A DNA stretch of 24,000 bases from Desulfobacterales bacterium (lineage in GTDB: Bacteria; Desulfobacterota; Desulfobacteria; Desulfobacterales; UBA11574): the NCBI GenBank assembly GCA_020345745.1, contig CP070768.1, positions 2,721,202-2,745,201 of the forward strand, read 5' to 3'. The notes under the pieces are model-generated. The model saw only the letters and a list, made by a program, of their open reading frames with translations. It had not been told where the DNA came from and did not search any database. Shown here one piece after another: positions 9,267-17,217 of this stretch; position 1 is the first letter of the stretch, and every line of letters begins with the position of its first letter. The translations under genes were made by a program, and so were the position numbers.

Positions 9267-9584
9267 TTATTCGTCTTTTCCCACATAGAGCCTGGCCTCT
9301 GTGCCCATTTTAATCTTTCTGATTTGTCTATTATTTACTTTTACCACCGCGTATTTATCTGTCGTCCTCAAAATCGTTCCGCATAAAAGCTCTTCACCTG
9401 AAACTGAATAGAAACATACCTTGGCGCCTTTCATAAATCCAGCCCCTTTGCCTTCATTGATAAAGATATGCCCTCTATTCCTATTCATCCTCGTCACCTC
9501 TGCCGCCGCAACATTGCCTGAAAAATAGGCGATCGTTAATACCACAACCGTCACTACAAAAAAACATATTTTGACTCGACGCAT
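9267..9584 (-). CDS. Small secreted protein of unknown function (105 aa)
   Basis: A strong SD (AAGGAGGG) sits 5 nt upstream of the ATG. There is a signal peptide (VVTVVVLTIAYFSGNVAAA|E). I recognised no family. Confidence 0.6.
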   Translation of the reverse strand: MRRVKICFFVVTVVVLTIAYFSGNVAAAEVTRMNRNRGHIFINEGKGAGFMKGAKVCFYSVSGEELLCGTILRTTDKYAVVKVNNRQIRKIKMGTEARLYVGKDE

Positions 9585-9710
9585 CCATCCCTCCTTGTCA
9601 TAAATTAGGAAAAAGTTTGCTGTTCAAGGGTCTCTCTCACCCGGATGTTTCAGTTTAAGAGAAAAACGTTTCGGGCGCAATGGGTAACTTGGACTTAATT
9701 GATATTTACC

Positions 9711-10550
9711 CTATAGCTTTTTGTTTTTTAGAATATAAAAATGAATATCTTTACCGCTGGCGCCCACCACATACGCTCCAGAAAAGCTGGCTGAACCTCT
9801 GGTCATCTCAAATTGTACCAGATCTTGAATGTAATCGTATAGTAAGCGCCGATTAAAATTGGTCAGTGAAAAACGTCCACTAGAACGAAACGGGTTTACG
9901 GAAAGATTTCCTTCCCAATGGATCAGCCCGCCCTCACCAGAAGATGCTGTGAAGGCATACGGACTCTCGCTGTCTTCATGGGTGCTGAAATTGTCTGTCG
10001 TTATCTTTATGGGAAAAATCTCAGTTTCATATGGCGTGGGACGCGACAGGTCGCTGAACAAGATTCGGCCTTGATCGAGCCGCAACCGTAAAATCAAAAC
10101 AGGAAACACTCCTCTATCTTGACTGTTTTCAGATTTCGGTGTTTCGGTTGAAGTCAGAAGATCCGAGAAGTTAAGCCTCTTATCAGGCAAAACCTTCACC
10201 CGAAGGCTAGGTGAATGCAAACGGATTTCATCAAATGTGAACGTGCGTCGAAGAATCGAAGAAAGCTGAAAATTAATGAACAGTTCTTTGCAATCGAAAA
10301 ATCTCTCCCCATTGGGATCATGCATTTGAAATCCTGTAACCGTCACAGACAAGGCAAACGGATTCACCTTGATTTTTTCTACCACGGCTGCTCGTTCAAG
10401 ATGCTTGGAAATACTTGAGACCAAACGGGTTTCAAGTATTGAAGGAGCAATTAAAAGCCCAAAAATAGCATATACCAAGATGGCAAAAACCGCTAAAACC
10501 GCACCTTTTTTTGGGCGTGACAACCGGATGAAAGATGAGAAAAGACCCAC
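9711..10550 (-). CDS. DUF748-like (AsmA-clan) protein, unusually short at 279 aa
   Basis: The N-terminal TM anchor and the motif pattern ...APSILETRLVSSISKHLERAAVVEKIKVNPFALSVTVTGFQMHDPNGE...DEIRLHSPSLRVKVLPDKRLNFSDLL match my recollection of DUF748 N-termini. It has a GTG start. Confidence 0.6.
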   Translation of the reverse strand: MGLFSSFIRLSRPKKGAVLAVFAILVYAIFGLLIAPSILETRLVSSISKHLERAAVVEKIKVNPFALSVTVTGFQMHDPNGERFFDCKELFINFQLSSILRRTFTFDEIRLHSPSLRVKVLPDKRLNFSDLLTSTETPKSENSQDRGVFPVLILRLRLDQGRILFSDLSRPTPYETEIFPIKITTDNFSTHEDSESPYAFTASSGEGGLIHWEGNLSVNPFRSSGRFSLTNFNRRLLYDYIQDLVQFEMTRGSASFSGAYVVGASGKDIHFYILKNKKL

Positions 10551-10699
10551 TGGGACGTATCCTGTTCTTCGGCATCGACTCAGCTTTGATATCGAATGAG
10601 TTGGTTTATAATAAAAATATTTTAGTTTACTTTATCCATGAGTGCAAATAAAAAACAATATGAAACTACCTCGGATTTTAAGTTGAAAGGAGACTGATT

Positions 10700-11560
10700 A
10701 TGAAAGACGAACTAGGAACGATACAAAACCTTTTCAACGTTGTCATGGAATTTTTAGTCAACTACGGATTTCAAGTGATCGGGGCCATTATTATTTTATG
10801 TGTCGGCGTATTTGTGGCCCGAAAGTTGTCTAATCTTATCATTAAAATATGTGAAAAACAGGATTTGGATCTTACGTTGTCAACATTTTTCGGCAACGTG
10901 GTAAAAATTGTGGTCCTAACTTTTGTGGTTATTGTCGTATTGGGCAAATTTGGTATTTCCATCGCACCGTTTGTTGCGGCTATCGGAGCGGCAGCTTTGG
11001 GAGCGAGTTTTGCCATTCAGGGTCCGTTATCCAATTATGGTGCTGGCTTGGCTATCATACTCACCCGTCCTTTTGTTATTGGAGATACGCTTACGGTTAA
11101 AGGAGTCAGCGGTGTGGTATATGAAATCAGTTTGGCGTATACGCTTTTAACAACCGAAGATGAGGAGAGGATTACGATTCCCAACAATCAGATTATGGGG
11201 GAGATTTTGCAAAATTCGTTTAATAACAAAGTTGTTGAATCCACAATCGGTATTGCCTATCAGGATGATCCGGTAAAGGCAGTTGATATCATTAGAAAAA
11301 CGCTCAAGCAGTTCGCTCAGATATCTTCAGACTCGCCGCCACAAATTGGCATCGAGGCATTTGGGGACTCATCTATCAATATTGGTATACGCTATTGGGT
11401 TCCTACCAAAAAATATTTTCAAACCACGTATGCGGTCAATTTATCTGTGTACCAAGCCCTAAAAGACTCAAAGATACGGATTCCATACCCCCAAAGAGAG
11501 GTGCGTATGATTTCTCAGCCCGCAACAACCGACTTATCAGATTCCCAAGGCTTCGCATGA
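10700..11560 (+). CDS. Small-conductance mechanosensitive channel (MscS family)
   Basis: There is an SD (AAAGGAG). Hydrophobic TM-like segments are followed by the MscS core (QGPLSNYGAGLAIILTRPFVIGDTLTVKGVSGVVYEISLAYTLLTTEDEERITIPNNQI). Confidence 0.9.
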   Translation: MKDELGTIQNLFNVVMEFLVNYGFQVIGAIIILCVGVFVARKLSNLIIKICEKQDLDLTLSTFFGNVVKIVVLTFVVIVVLGKFGISIAPFVAAIGAAALGASFAIQGPLSNYGAGLAIILTRPFVIGDTLTVKGVSGVVYEISLAYTLLTTEDEERITIPNNQIMGEILQNSFNNKVVESTIGIAYQDDPVKAVDIIRKTLKQFAQISSDSPPQIGIEAFGDSSINIGIRYWVPTKKYFQTTYAVNLSVYQALKDSKIRIPYPQREVRMISQPATTDLSDSQGFA

Positions 11561-11838
11561 AGACGACCGATGCTTGCTTTGTCCTGACTGTCACTCCAAT
11601 ACACGAGGGAACAGATCCGCCTGTCATCGGGGAGCACGAGTGCACACGTGCCCTTGGCGTGATGGATTGTACGATAATTAAAGAAATCTTTGAAAAATAT
11701 TTCCCGCTAAAGCGGGATTCAAAATCAAGGACAATTTCGCAGGATAACGGAATTGAACAGCTGGACAAGCTGCTCGATAAGGCGAGGGGCATGGACGCCC
11801 CGAGTCAACGCGAAAATATTAACCACAGACAATATTGA
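11557..11838 (+). CDS. Hypothetical protein (93 aa). Its coding status is uncertain.
   Basis: Its ATG overlaps the mscS stop (ATGA), which suggests translational coupling. I recognised no motif, and an antisense ORF of similar size exists. Confidence 0.3.
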   Translation: MKTTDACFVLTVTPIHEGTDPPVIGEHECTRALGVMDCTIIKEIFEKYFPLKRDSKSRTISQDNGIEQLDKLLDKARGMDAPSQRENINHRQY

Positions 11839-11853
11839 GTATTCCACGGATAA

Positions 11854-11905
11854 AAATTGAGCCTGACAAAGAGTTTGGTAAAACAGGGTGCTCTTCAAAG
11901 GTCTC
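11854..11905 (+). repeat. Copy D of the intergenic repeat family (plus orientation)
   Basis: The sequence is AAATTGAGCCTGACAAAGAGTTTGGTAAAACAGGGTGCTCTTCAAAGGTCTC. It shares two perfect 12-nt blocks with copy B on the opposite strand: TTGAGCCTGACA and TTCAAAGGTCTC. Its 3' end abuts the stop codon of the convergent mscS gene. Confidence 0.8.
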
Positions 11906-12720
11906 TATTCTTCCTTATGCTGATACACATGCACATCTTGTTGGGGAAAAGGAATCGATACGCCTTCAGCATCGAACCGTTTCTTAACGTTCTCTGTTAA
12001 TTCAAAATATACATCCCAATAGTCGTCCGATTTTACCCAGGGACGAACGACAAAATTGACGCTGCTGTCCGCTAATTCCACCACCGCTATTTTCACAGGA
12101 GGATCATCCAAAATGCGATTATCGTTTGCCACAAGATCCTCCAATATACTCTTGGCTGTGTCGATGTCATCCCCATATCCGATTCCAAATACCATATCAA
12201 CGCGCCGGGTACCTTTCATGGTATAGTTGGTGATGTTGTCACCAGTTATTTTGGCGTTGGGAACAATGCCCGTTTTATTGTCAGGGGTCTTCAACTGAGT
12301 GGTAAAAATCTGAATCGCCTCTACAGTTCCAGCAACCCCGGCACCCTCAATATAGTCTCCGACCTTGAAAGGACGAAAAATAATCATGAGAAAACCTGCA
12401 GCAAAATTGGACAACGACCCTTGGAGTGCCAGACCGATCGCAAGACCTGCGGCACCGATCACAGCGATAAATGAAGTGGTCTGGATACCCAGCTGTCCTA
12501 AAGCTGCCAACACCACAAACACCAGCAAAGCAATGTAAGTGAGACTCTTAACAAAGGATATGATCGTGGCGTCGACCTCTTTTTTGTTTAAGACTTTTTC
12601 TATAACTTTGGTCAAACCTTTGGCTATCCACCGCCCCAATAGTAATACGACAATCGCTGCAACAACTCTTAACCCATAAAGGGTCAGCAGTCCCCATATT
12701 TTTGTAACTGTATCCTCCAT
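11905..12720 (-). CDS. Small-conductance mechanosensitive channel (MscS family)
   Basis: There is a strong SD (AAGGAGG). The MscS core is present (LQGSLSNFAAGFLMIIFRPFKVGDYIEGAGVAGTVEAIQIFTTQLKTPDNKTGIVPNAKI). Confidence 0.9.
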   Translation of the reverse strand: MEDTVTKIWGLLTLYGLRVVAAIVVLLLGRWIAKGLTKVIEKVLNKKEVDATIISFVKSLTYIALLVFVVLAALGQLGIQTTSFIAVIGAAGLAIGLALQGSLSNFAAGFLMIIFRPFKVGDYIEGAGVAGTVEAIQIFTTQLKTPDNKTGIVPNAKITGDNITNYTMKGTRRVDMVFGIGYGDDIDTAKSILEDLVANDNRILDDPPVKIAVVELADSSVNFVVRPWVKSDDYWDVYFELTENVKKRFDAEGVSIPFPQQDVHVYQHKEE

Positions 12721-13188
12721 TTTTATCCTCCTTTAAATTCAAAGTGCTTATAATCTATCCATCAAACCTTCAAAAGGTAATCTGTGTAAAAGGCCTAGCA
12801 ACATTCTCACGACATATTCCGGCTAAATGATTATTTTATGGATAGGTACGACTAAGAACAACCCAATACATAATAACGATATTCTTAAAAAATCAAGTAC
12901 CTACTCGAAATAATCTGTCGGATGGATTGCAGCCTTTGCCAAAAGCGAAGAAGAATCATCTTGTTAAAATTCTGGAAATGTGTTGGGCAAAAATCAGTAG
13001 ATATTGCTTGATTTTTCTAAACATCCTTATAGTATTCGATTAGGGTGTCACGATTAACATCTGTATGGGTTTCAAAACATTGCTTCAAATCCTTAATAAT
13101 GGAACATGCACGACCGAAACGGCTCGCTGGGAGCATACGCTGAACACCACAGACAACCTAAAAAAAATATAAAAAAAAACGAGGTGTT

Positions 13189-13443
13189 ATGATGGATTCC
13201 GTTGATGATTATTGGAAGAAGAATTATCGAATCGTCACGGTCAAGTTTAGAGACGGCACAACGATTACCGGGAAACTAAACACCGGTGAATATCCACGAG
13301 TGTCCGATTTTTTTAGAAGCTCTCCACATCAATTTTTTGTTCTAACCGATGCCCAACATAGTGATTCAACGGACAAATTCGTTGTGGTTATCAATAAAAA
13401 TGAAGTGATGTGGGCTGCAATGAGGCTGCCTTCTGTCAAATAA
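13189..13443 (+). CDS. Small hypothetical protein (84 aa)
   Basis: GAGGTG lies just upstream of tandem ATGs at 13189/13192. The ORF looks beta-strand-rich by eye. A weak hairpin with a T-rich tail follows it. I recognised no family. Confidence 0.55.
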   Translation: MMDSVDDYWKKNYRIVTVKFRDGTTITGKLNTGEYPRVSDFFRSSPHQFFVLTDAQHSDSTDKFVVVINKNEVMWAAMRLPSVK

Positions 13444-13474
13444 TAACCAGGCTAGGTTATTTTGGTTTGTCTTT
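13442..13474 (+). terminator. Weak intrinsic-terminator-like hairpin after the 84-aa ORF
   Basis: AATAACC (13442-13448) pairs with GGTTATT (13455-13461) around a 6-nt loop, followed by TTGGTTTGTCTTT. The stem is AT-rich, so stability is low. Confidence 0.35.
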
Positions 13475-13495
13475 AATTCTTAGGCGGGCAAAGGA

Positions 13496-13828
13496 TTATG
13501 CCAAATGTTTCAAAATAACATGTTTTTTTTCATTTTCCAAGGTAGCGGCAGGAATCAAATGCTTGAGCAACGCGCCGAATTCGCCGTTCTTTTCCCATAC
13601 AATCTCCCCTTCGATTTCCATTGATTCTCCACATAAAAACATTGCCGTTCCTGATATCTTTCCGCCCAACGCAATTCCTTTGGTATTGACCAACCGCACG
13701 CCACCTTGGGAAATGTCCGCCACTTCGAATTCATCTTCACCTACACGCAATTTTGCCCTATTTTCAATTCTATACGTGATTCTGAAATAAATCCTTCTTT
13801 CTGAACCTTGGTACGATTGGTTTACCAT
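13496..13828 (-). CDS. Stand-alone PilZ-domain protein (putative c-di-GMP receptor)
   Basis: It has the RxxxR motif (RRIYFR) and the DxSxxG motif (DISQGG) at canonical spacing. I chose the ATG at 13828; the ORF track's 13888 start is a TTG. Confidence 0.75.
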   Translation of the reverse strand: MVNQSYQGSERRIYFRITYRIENRAKLRVGEDEFEVADISQGGVRLVNTKGIALGGKISGTAMFLCGESMEIEGEIVWEKNGEFGALLKHLIPAATLENEKKHVILKHLA

Positions 13829-13948
13829 CAACGTCTCTTTTGCCCAATAGATTCGCACCGTGTCGAGTACATGTAAGGCGCAACGCAAAGATAAGCAACA
13901 GCAGAGTGACCATCAATGAATGGGTTATCCAAGTAACGCATTATCGAA

Positions 13949-14566
13949 CTATAATGCATAAAATTTTGAAATGGCTTCCCTTCTTCTTGACTCAAATTCG
14001 ATGGACGTGCTCATCTCCTTGTCAAACCCCCATTCCTTCATCTTTTTCTTGATGGTATCTTCATCACGCGTCCCAAGAATGATTTTTCCCAGCTCACGCA
14101 TAATACAGAATCTACCCAGGAACCATGGAAACGTCGCGATTTCATGATTAAACACCACGACTTTCAAATCAGCTTTTTCGTCCATCGGTATCTTGAGATT
14201 GATTATCTCAAAATTTTTAACATAAGCGTTACTTGCAGGGCTATAAATATAGAAGGTGTTTTTGGATCCGCAAAGTTTATCAAAATTGTCTCTAGAAAGG
14301 CTGGCCAGAACGGAAATGAACATCATGGTAAATTTTTGGCAATTACTGCATTTAAACTGAGTTAACGGTTCAAAATGACAATTGAGTTTGTCGATTAAAG
14401 GTTCAAGGGCATCTAAATACGCATCGTATGTCTGATGTCTTTCACCAAAAAAGATATTACTCTCTTCATCAAAAAAATCAAAATTGGCACGCTTGATTTC
14501 CAGGAGAAGTTTTTCAGGCATCTCAGGATTATTATCTTTTAAATACGGTATAACCCAATCTTCCAT
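13949..14566 (-). CDS. Hypothetical protein (205 aa)
   Basis: It has an SD-like GAAGGTGA upstream of the ATG and an intact ORF. The coding sequence looks AT-rich. Cysteines occur at NCHF...CSNCQKF...LCG. I recognised no family. Confidence 0.6.
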   Translation of the reverse strand: MEDWVIPYLKDNNPEMPEKLLLEIKRANFDFFDEESNIFFGERHQTYDAYLDALEPLIDKLNCHFEPLTQFKCSNCQKFTMMFISVLASLSRDNFDKLCGSKNTFYIYSPASNAYVKNFEIINLKIPMDEKADLKVVVFNHEIATFPWFLGRFCIMRELGKIILGTRDEDTIKKKMKEWGFDKEMSTSIEFESRRREAISKFYAL

Positions 14567-14738
14567 GGTATATCACCTTCTCTTTCGCAGAATCCAAGAT
14601 ATAGTATAGGATACGATTCATTGCAAACCCTTTTGGGAATCATGGTTAATAAGCTGAAAGGCAAAGAAACACTTTTTGGGAAAGACGGATTATTGCAAAG
14701 GGCAACCTTTGAAAAATATATCATGTGCAGCGTGATTC

Positions 14739-15170
14739 TCAGTCGCTTTTTATCATCTGTACCAGGCTCTTAATGACCGCTGCCTGGACTTGGCTTTCTA
14801 CGATAAATTTCACACCAATACCTTCTGGAGTAACCCGCACCACGTCGCCACTGATTTTGAAAGGTTTCTGGTTGTCGGGAGACATGAAGGTCATGAGGAT
14901 CTGTTGTCCGGGCAAGACATTTTGAGACGTTTTGATAAATACACCCGTATCGCTCACATCTTGTATAAAATCTCTAAAATACCGGTCCTGGACAACATAG
15001 TCGACGCTCATAAAAAAGGTTTTTCGATCATGTTGTCTTCGCTTTCTGTCCTGTCTCCCATCCAACTCATGCAAAAGCACTTCCTGGTTTTCCAATGTCA
15101 TGCGTTTTATTCGCTCAATCAACTGATCCGTAACACTGGCCCCTTTTATTTCTTGATTCTGGCTATTCAT
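14739..15170 (-). CDS. Stand-alone PilZ-domain protein (putative c-di-GMP receptor)
   Basis: It has RxxxR (RQHDR) and DxSxxG (DVSDTG) motifs after an N-terminal segment of about 45 aa. An SD (GGGGA) is present. Confidence 0.8.
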   Translation of the reverse strand: MNSQNQEIKGASVTDQLIERIKRMTLENQEVLLHELDGRQDRKRRQHDRKTFFMSVDYVVQDRYFRDFIQDVSDTGVFIKTSQNVLPGQQILMTFMSPDNQKPFKISGDVVRVTPEGIGVKFIVESQVQAAVIKSLVQMIKSD

Positions 15171-15389
15171 ATTTTCCCCTATAAATAGATAGCTTGTTCC
15201 TTATAGCTGAAGATTATCACCAATATTTGTAACATTATCAGATAGCTAGTCGGTTGTCAATTTTAATCGATAAAATCTTATAACGATTTTACAAAAAAGG
15301 ACTTGAAAGCCCTTTTTCATTATGATACGCGTTTCCTTTGATTTTTACTGCCCTTTATCAAAACAAAACATTGAAAGGAACGGTTTGAA

Positions 15390-15848
15390 ATGACTCCAAA
15401 AAAAGAACTTCAGGTGGCAACGTGGCTGGCTGCTATATTATTGGTTGTAAGTGTTATCTGCTATGCAGCCGCTCCTGTTAAAACACCTGACGAGCCCGTG
15501 CGGAAAATGTTCAAAGTTGTTGCAGGAAACGTTTTATTTGATCACAAAACACACACGTCAGCAACAGGCTATGGGCTCGCCTGTTTTGATTGTCATCATC
15601 ACCCGGAAGATCCGGAGGATGAAAAAGAGGCGCTGGTCGCTTGTGGTCAATGCCATCAGCTCCCCAAAGAAGGAGAACTGTTCCCGCAAAGCTGTTCGGA
15701 ATGCCATGAACCAGAAGATATTGAAGATACAGAGGTAACGAGGCGTTCAGATGCCTTCCATGCGCAATGCGAGGAGTGCCATAAAGACGGTGGTATTGGC
15801 CCAGTAAAAGAGGATGACAGATGTCAGTGGTGTCATTTTATGAAGTAA
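15390..15848 (+). CDS. Membrane-anchored multihaem cytochrome c (c3/class III-like) with five CxxCH motifs
   Basis: There is an N-terminal TM/signal anchor (VATWLAAILLVVSVICYAAA). The CxxCH motifs are CFDCH, CGQCH, CSECH, CEECH and CQWCH. The LFDHKTH motif is typical of c3-type folds. It lies directly upstream of rnfC. Confidence 0.85.
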   Translation: MTPKKELQVATWLAAILLVVSVICYAAAPVKTPDEPVRKMFKVVAGNVLFDHKTHTSATGYGLACFDCHHHPEDPEDEKEALVACGQCHQLPKEGELFPQSCSECHEPEDIEDTEVTRRSDAFHAQCEECHKDGGIGPVKEDDRCQWCHFMK

Positions 15849-15933
15849 CTCATGCTCGTGCAATCACCGGCCGAGAGCGTTACCATCACCTTCATCCATA
15901 ATGCAGAAGAACCTATAATAAAAAGGCTTAACT

Positions 15934-17217
15934 ATGATAAAAAGATCTTTTATCGGTTTTACAAAACCATTGATAGCGTATGACGCCCTGGAATCAGCGC
16001 CACCGGAGCCAAAACAGATTCAAACGCCAAAAAAGATTACGCTTTTTATAGATACACCTTATAATTATAAGGATTCATTGCTGTTGAATATCGGAGACAA
16101 CGTTAAAACGGGGCAGAGGCTTTCTTATTCCGAAGATAACGATGCATACGTCATCGCTTCCGCTACCGGGACCATATCATCCATAACTTCCATCCTCGGT
16201 GATTACGGCAAGTCATATACCGCTGTTACGATTGATACCAACGAAACCGAAGAAATGGATGATCACTTCACTGCGCTGCGAAAAGATCCCACATTCGATA
16301 CTGCCAAAAATTATCTTGACAGCATGCCCGGAAAGCCGTCGTTTAACCGCTTCATAGATAGTGAAAATTCAATCGATACCATTATCATCTGCGGTATGGA
16401 TGCCGATCTATACATAAAAACAAATCAATATATATTGAAAGCCGAATTAGAAGCCATTGCAAACGGCATACGAATTCTAAAGGACATCACTCAGGTTGAC
16501 CATGTTATCATTGCGGTACCTGAGAGCCTGATGCAAGACGCCATTCTACTCGGAACCGAGGTCCGAACCGTAAACACCGAATACCCTGCCGCCCTCCCCC
16601 ATCTGATGGTAAAATCATTTACCGGTCAGGCGGTACCGGTAGGAAAAGATTTTGGAGACATCGGCATCTGTTTTTTCACTGCAGAAGCCGTAGCATCTAT
16701 TGGTAAAACTTTTGCGAACGGAAGCATACCCGTAACCAAGACCTTCACCTTTATTGATAAAAATGAGATCAAAACACTGGTATCGGCAAAGATTGGGACA
16801 ACAGTAAGTGAGATCCTTGATGCATTTGATATCACTCTGGATGAAAAAGACCGTATTATTTTCGGCGGCCCGATGACAGGCTCTGCGATATATTCAGCAG
16901 ATTATCCGATATTACCGGATACGGATGCAATTATTGTTCAGGCCAGAGATAAACTCGACTATATTTCAGATTACCCCTGCATCAACTGCGGCGACTGCGT
17001 CAGATCTTGTCCGGCTAACATCCCGGTTAACATGCTTGTTCGCCTCCTGGAAGCCGGACAGTATGAGGAAGCTTCCGATCAATATGATTTGTACTCCTGT
17101 ATTGAATGCGGTCTATGCAGTTATGTTTGCGTATCAAAAATACCCGTATTTCACTATATCAAGCTGGCCAAATATGAACTTGACCTAACCAGAACAGCGG
17201 AGGCGACGAATGCTTAG
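15934..17217 (+). CDS. rnfC: RnfC-like subunit. It keeps two 4Fe-4S motifs, but the FMN/NADH-binding motifs appear degenerate.
   Basis: It holds the first position in rnfCDGEAB order. GGPMTG is present, as are CINCGDCVRSCP and CIECGLCSYVC. The positions expected to carry G(M)GGAxFPT and NGAECEPY instead read SMPGKPSFN and CGMDADLY. Confidence 0.8.
   Translation: MIKRSFIGFTKPLIAYDALESAPPEPKQIQTPKKITLFIDTPYNYKDSLLLNIGDNVKTGQRLSYSEDNDAYVIASATGTISSITSILGDYGKSYTAVTIDTNETEEMDDHFTALRKDPTFDTAKNYLDSMPGKPSFNRFIDSENSIDTIIICGMDADLYIKTNQYILKAELEAIANGIRILKDITQVDHVIIAVPESLMQDAILLGTEVRTVNTEYPAALPHLMVKSFTGQAVPVGKDFGDIGICFFTAEAVASIGKTFANGSIPVTKTFTFIDKNEIKTLVSAKIGTTVSEILDAFDITLDEKDRIIFGGPMTGSAIYSADYPILPDTDAIIVQARDKLDYISDYPCINCGDCVRSCPANIPVNMLVRLLEAGQYEEASDQYDLYSCIECGLCSYVCVSKIPVFHYIKLAKYELDLTRTAEATNA

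Noticed and set aside
9620-9650. GGGTCTCTCTCACCC segment upstream of the 105-aa gene as a sixth repeat copy
   Set aside because: It shares only a GAGAGAG run and a downstream TTTTTC with the family. The alignment is too weak to call.
11436-11792. 118-aa minus-strand ORF between the mscS genes
   Set aside because: It overlaps the 3' end of mscS and the 93-aa plus-strand ORF and has no recognisable SD or motif. I cannot exclude it, but it has no support.
14706-14717. Extra short CTTTGAAAAA boxes (also 11687-11700, and a weaker version at 9251-9264) as additional repeat copies
   Set aside because: Only the ~10-nt AT-rich box matches, and the flanking blocks of the family are absent. In AT-rich spacers this may be chance, so I did not count them as copies.
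15451-15738. 95-aa plus-strand ORF
   Set aside because: It is an out-of-frame overlap with the multihaem cytochrome gene, whose five CxxCH motifs establish the real frame.
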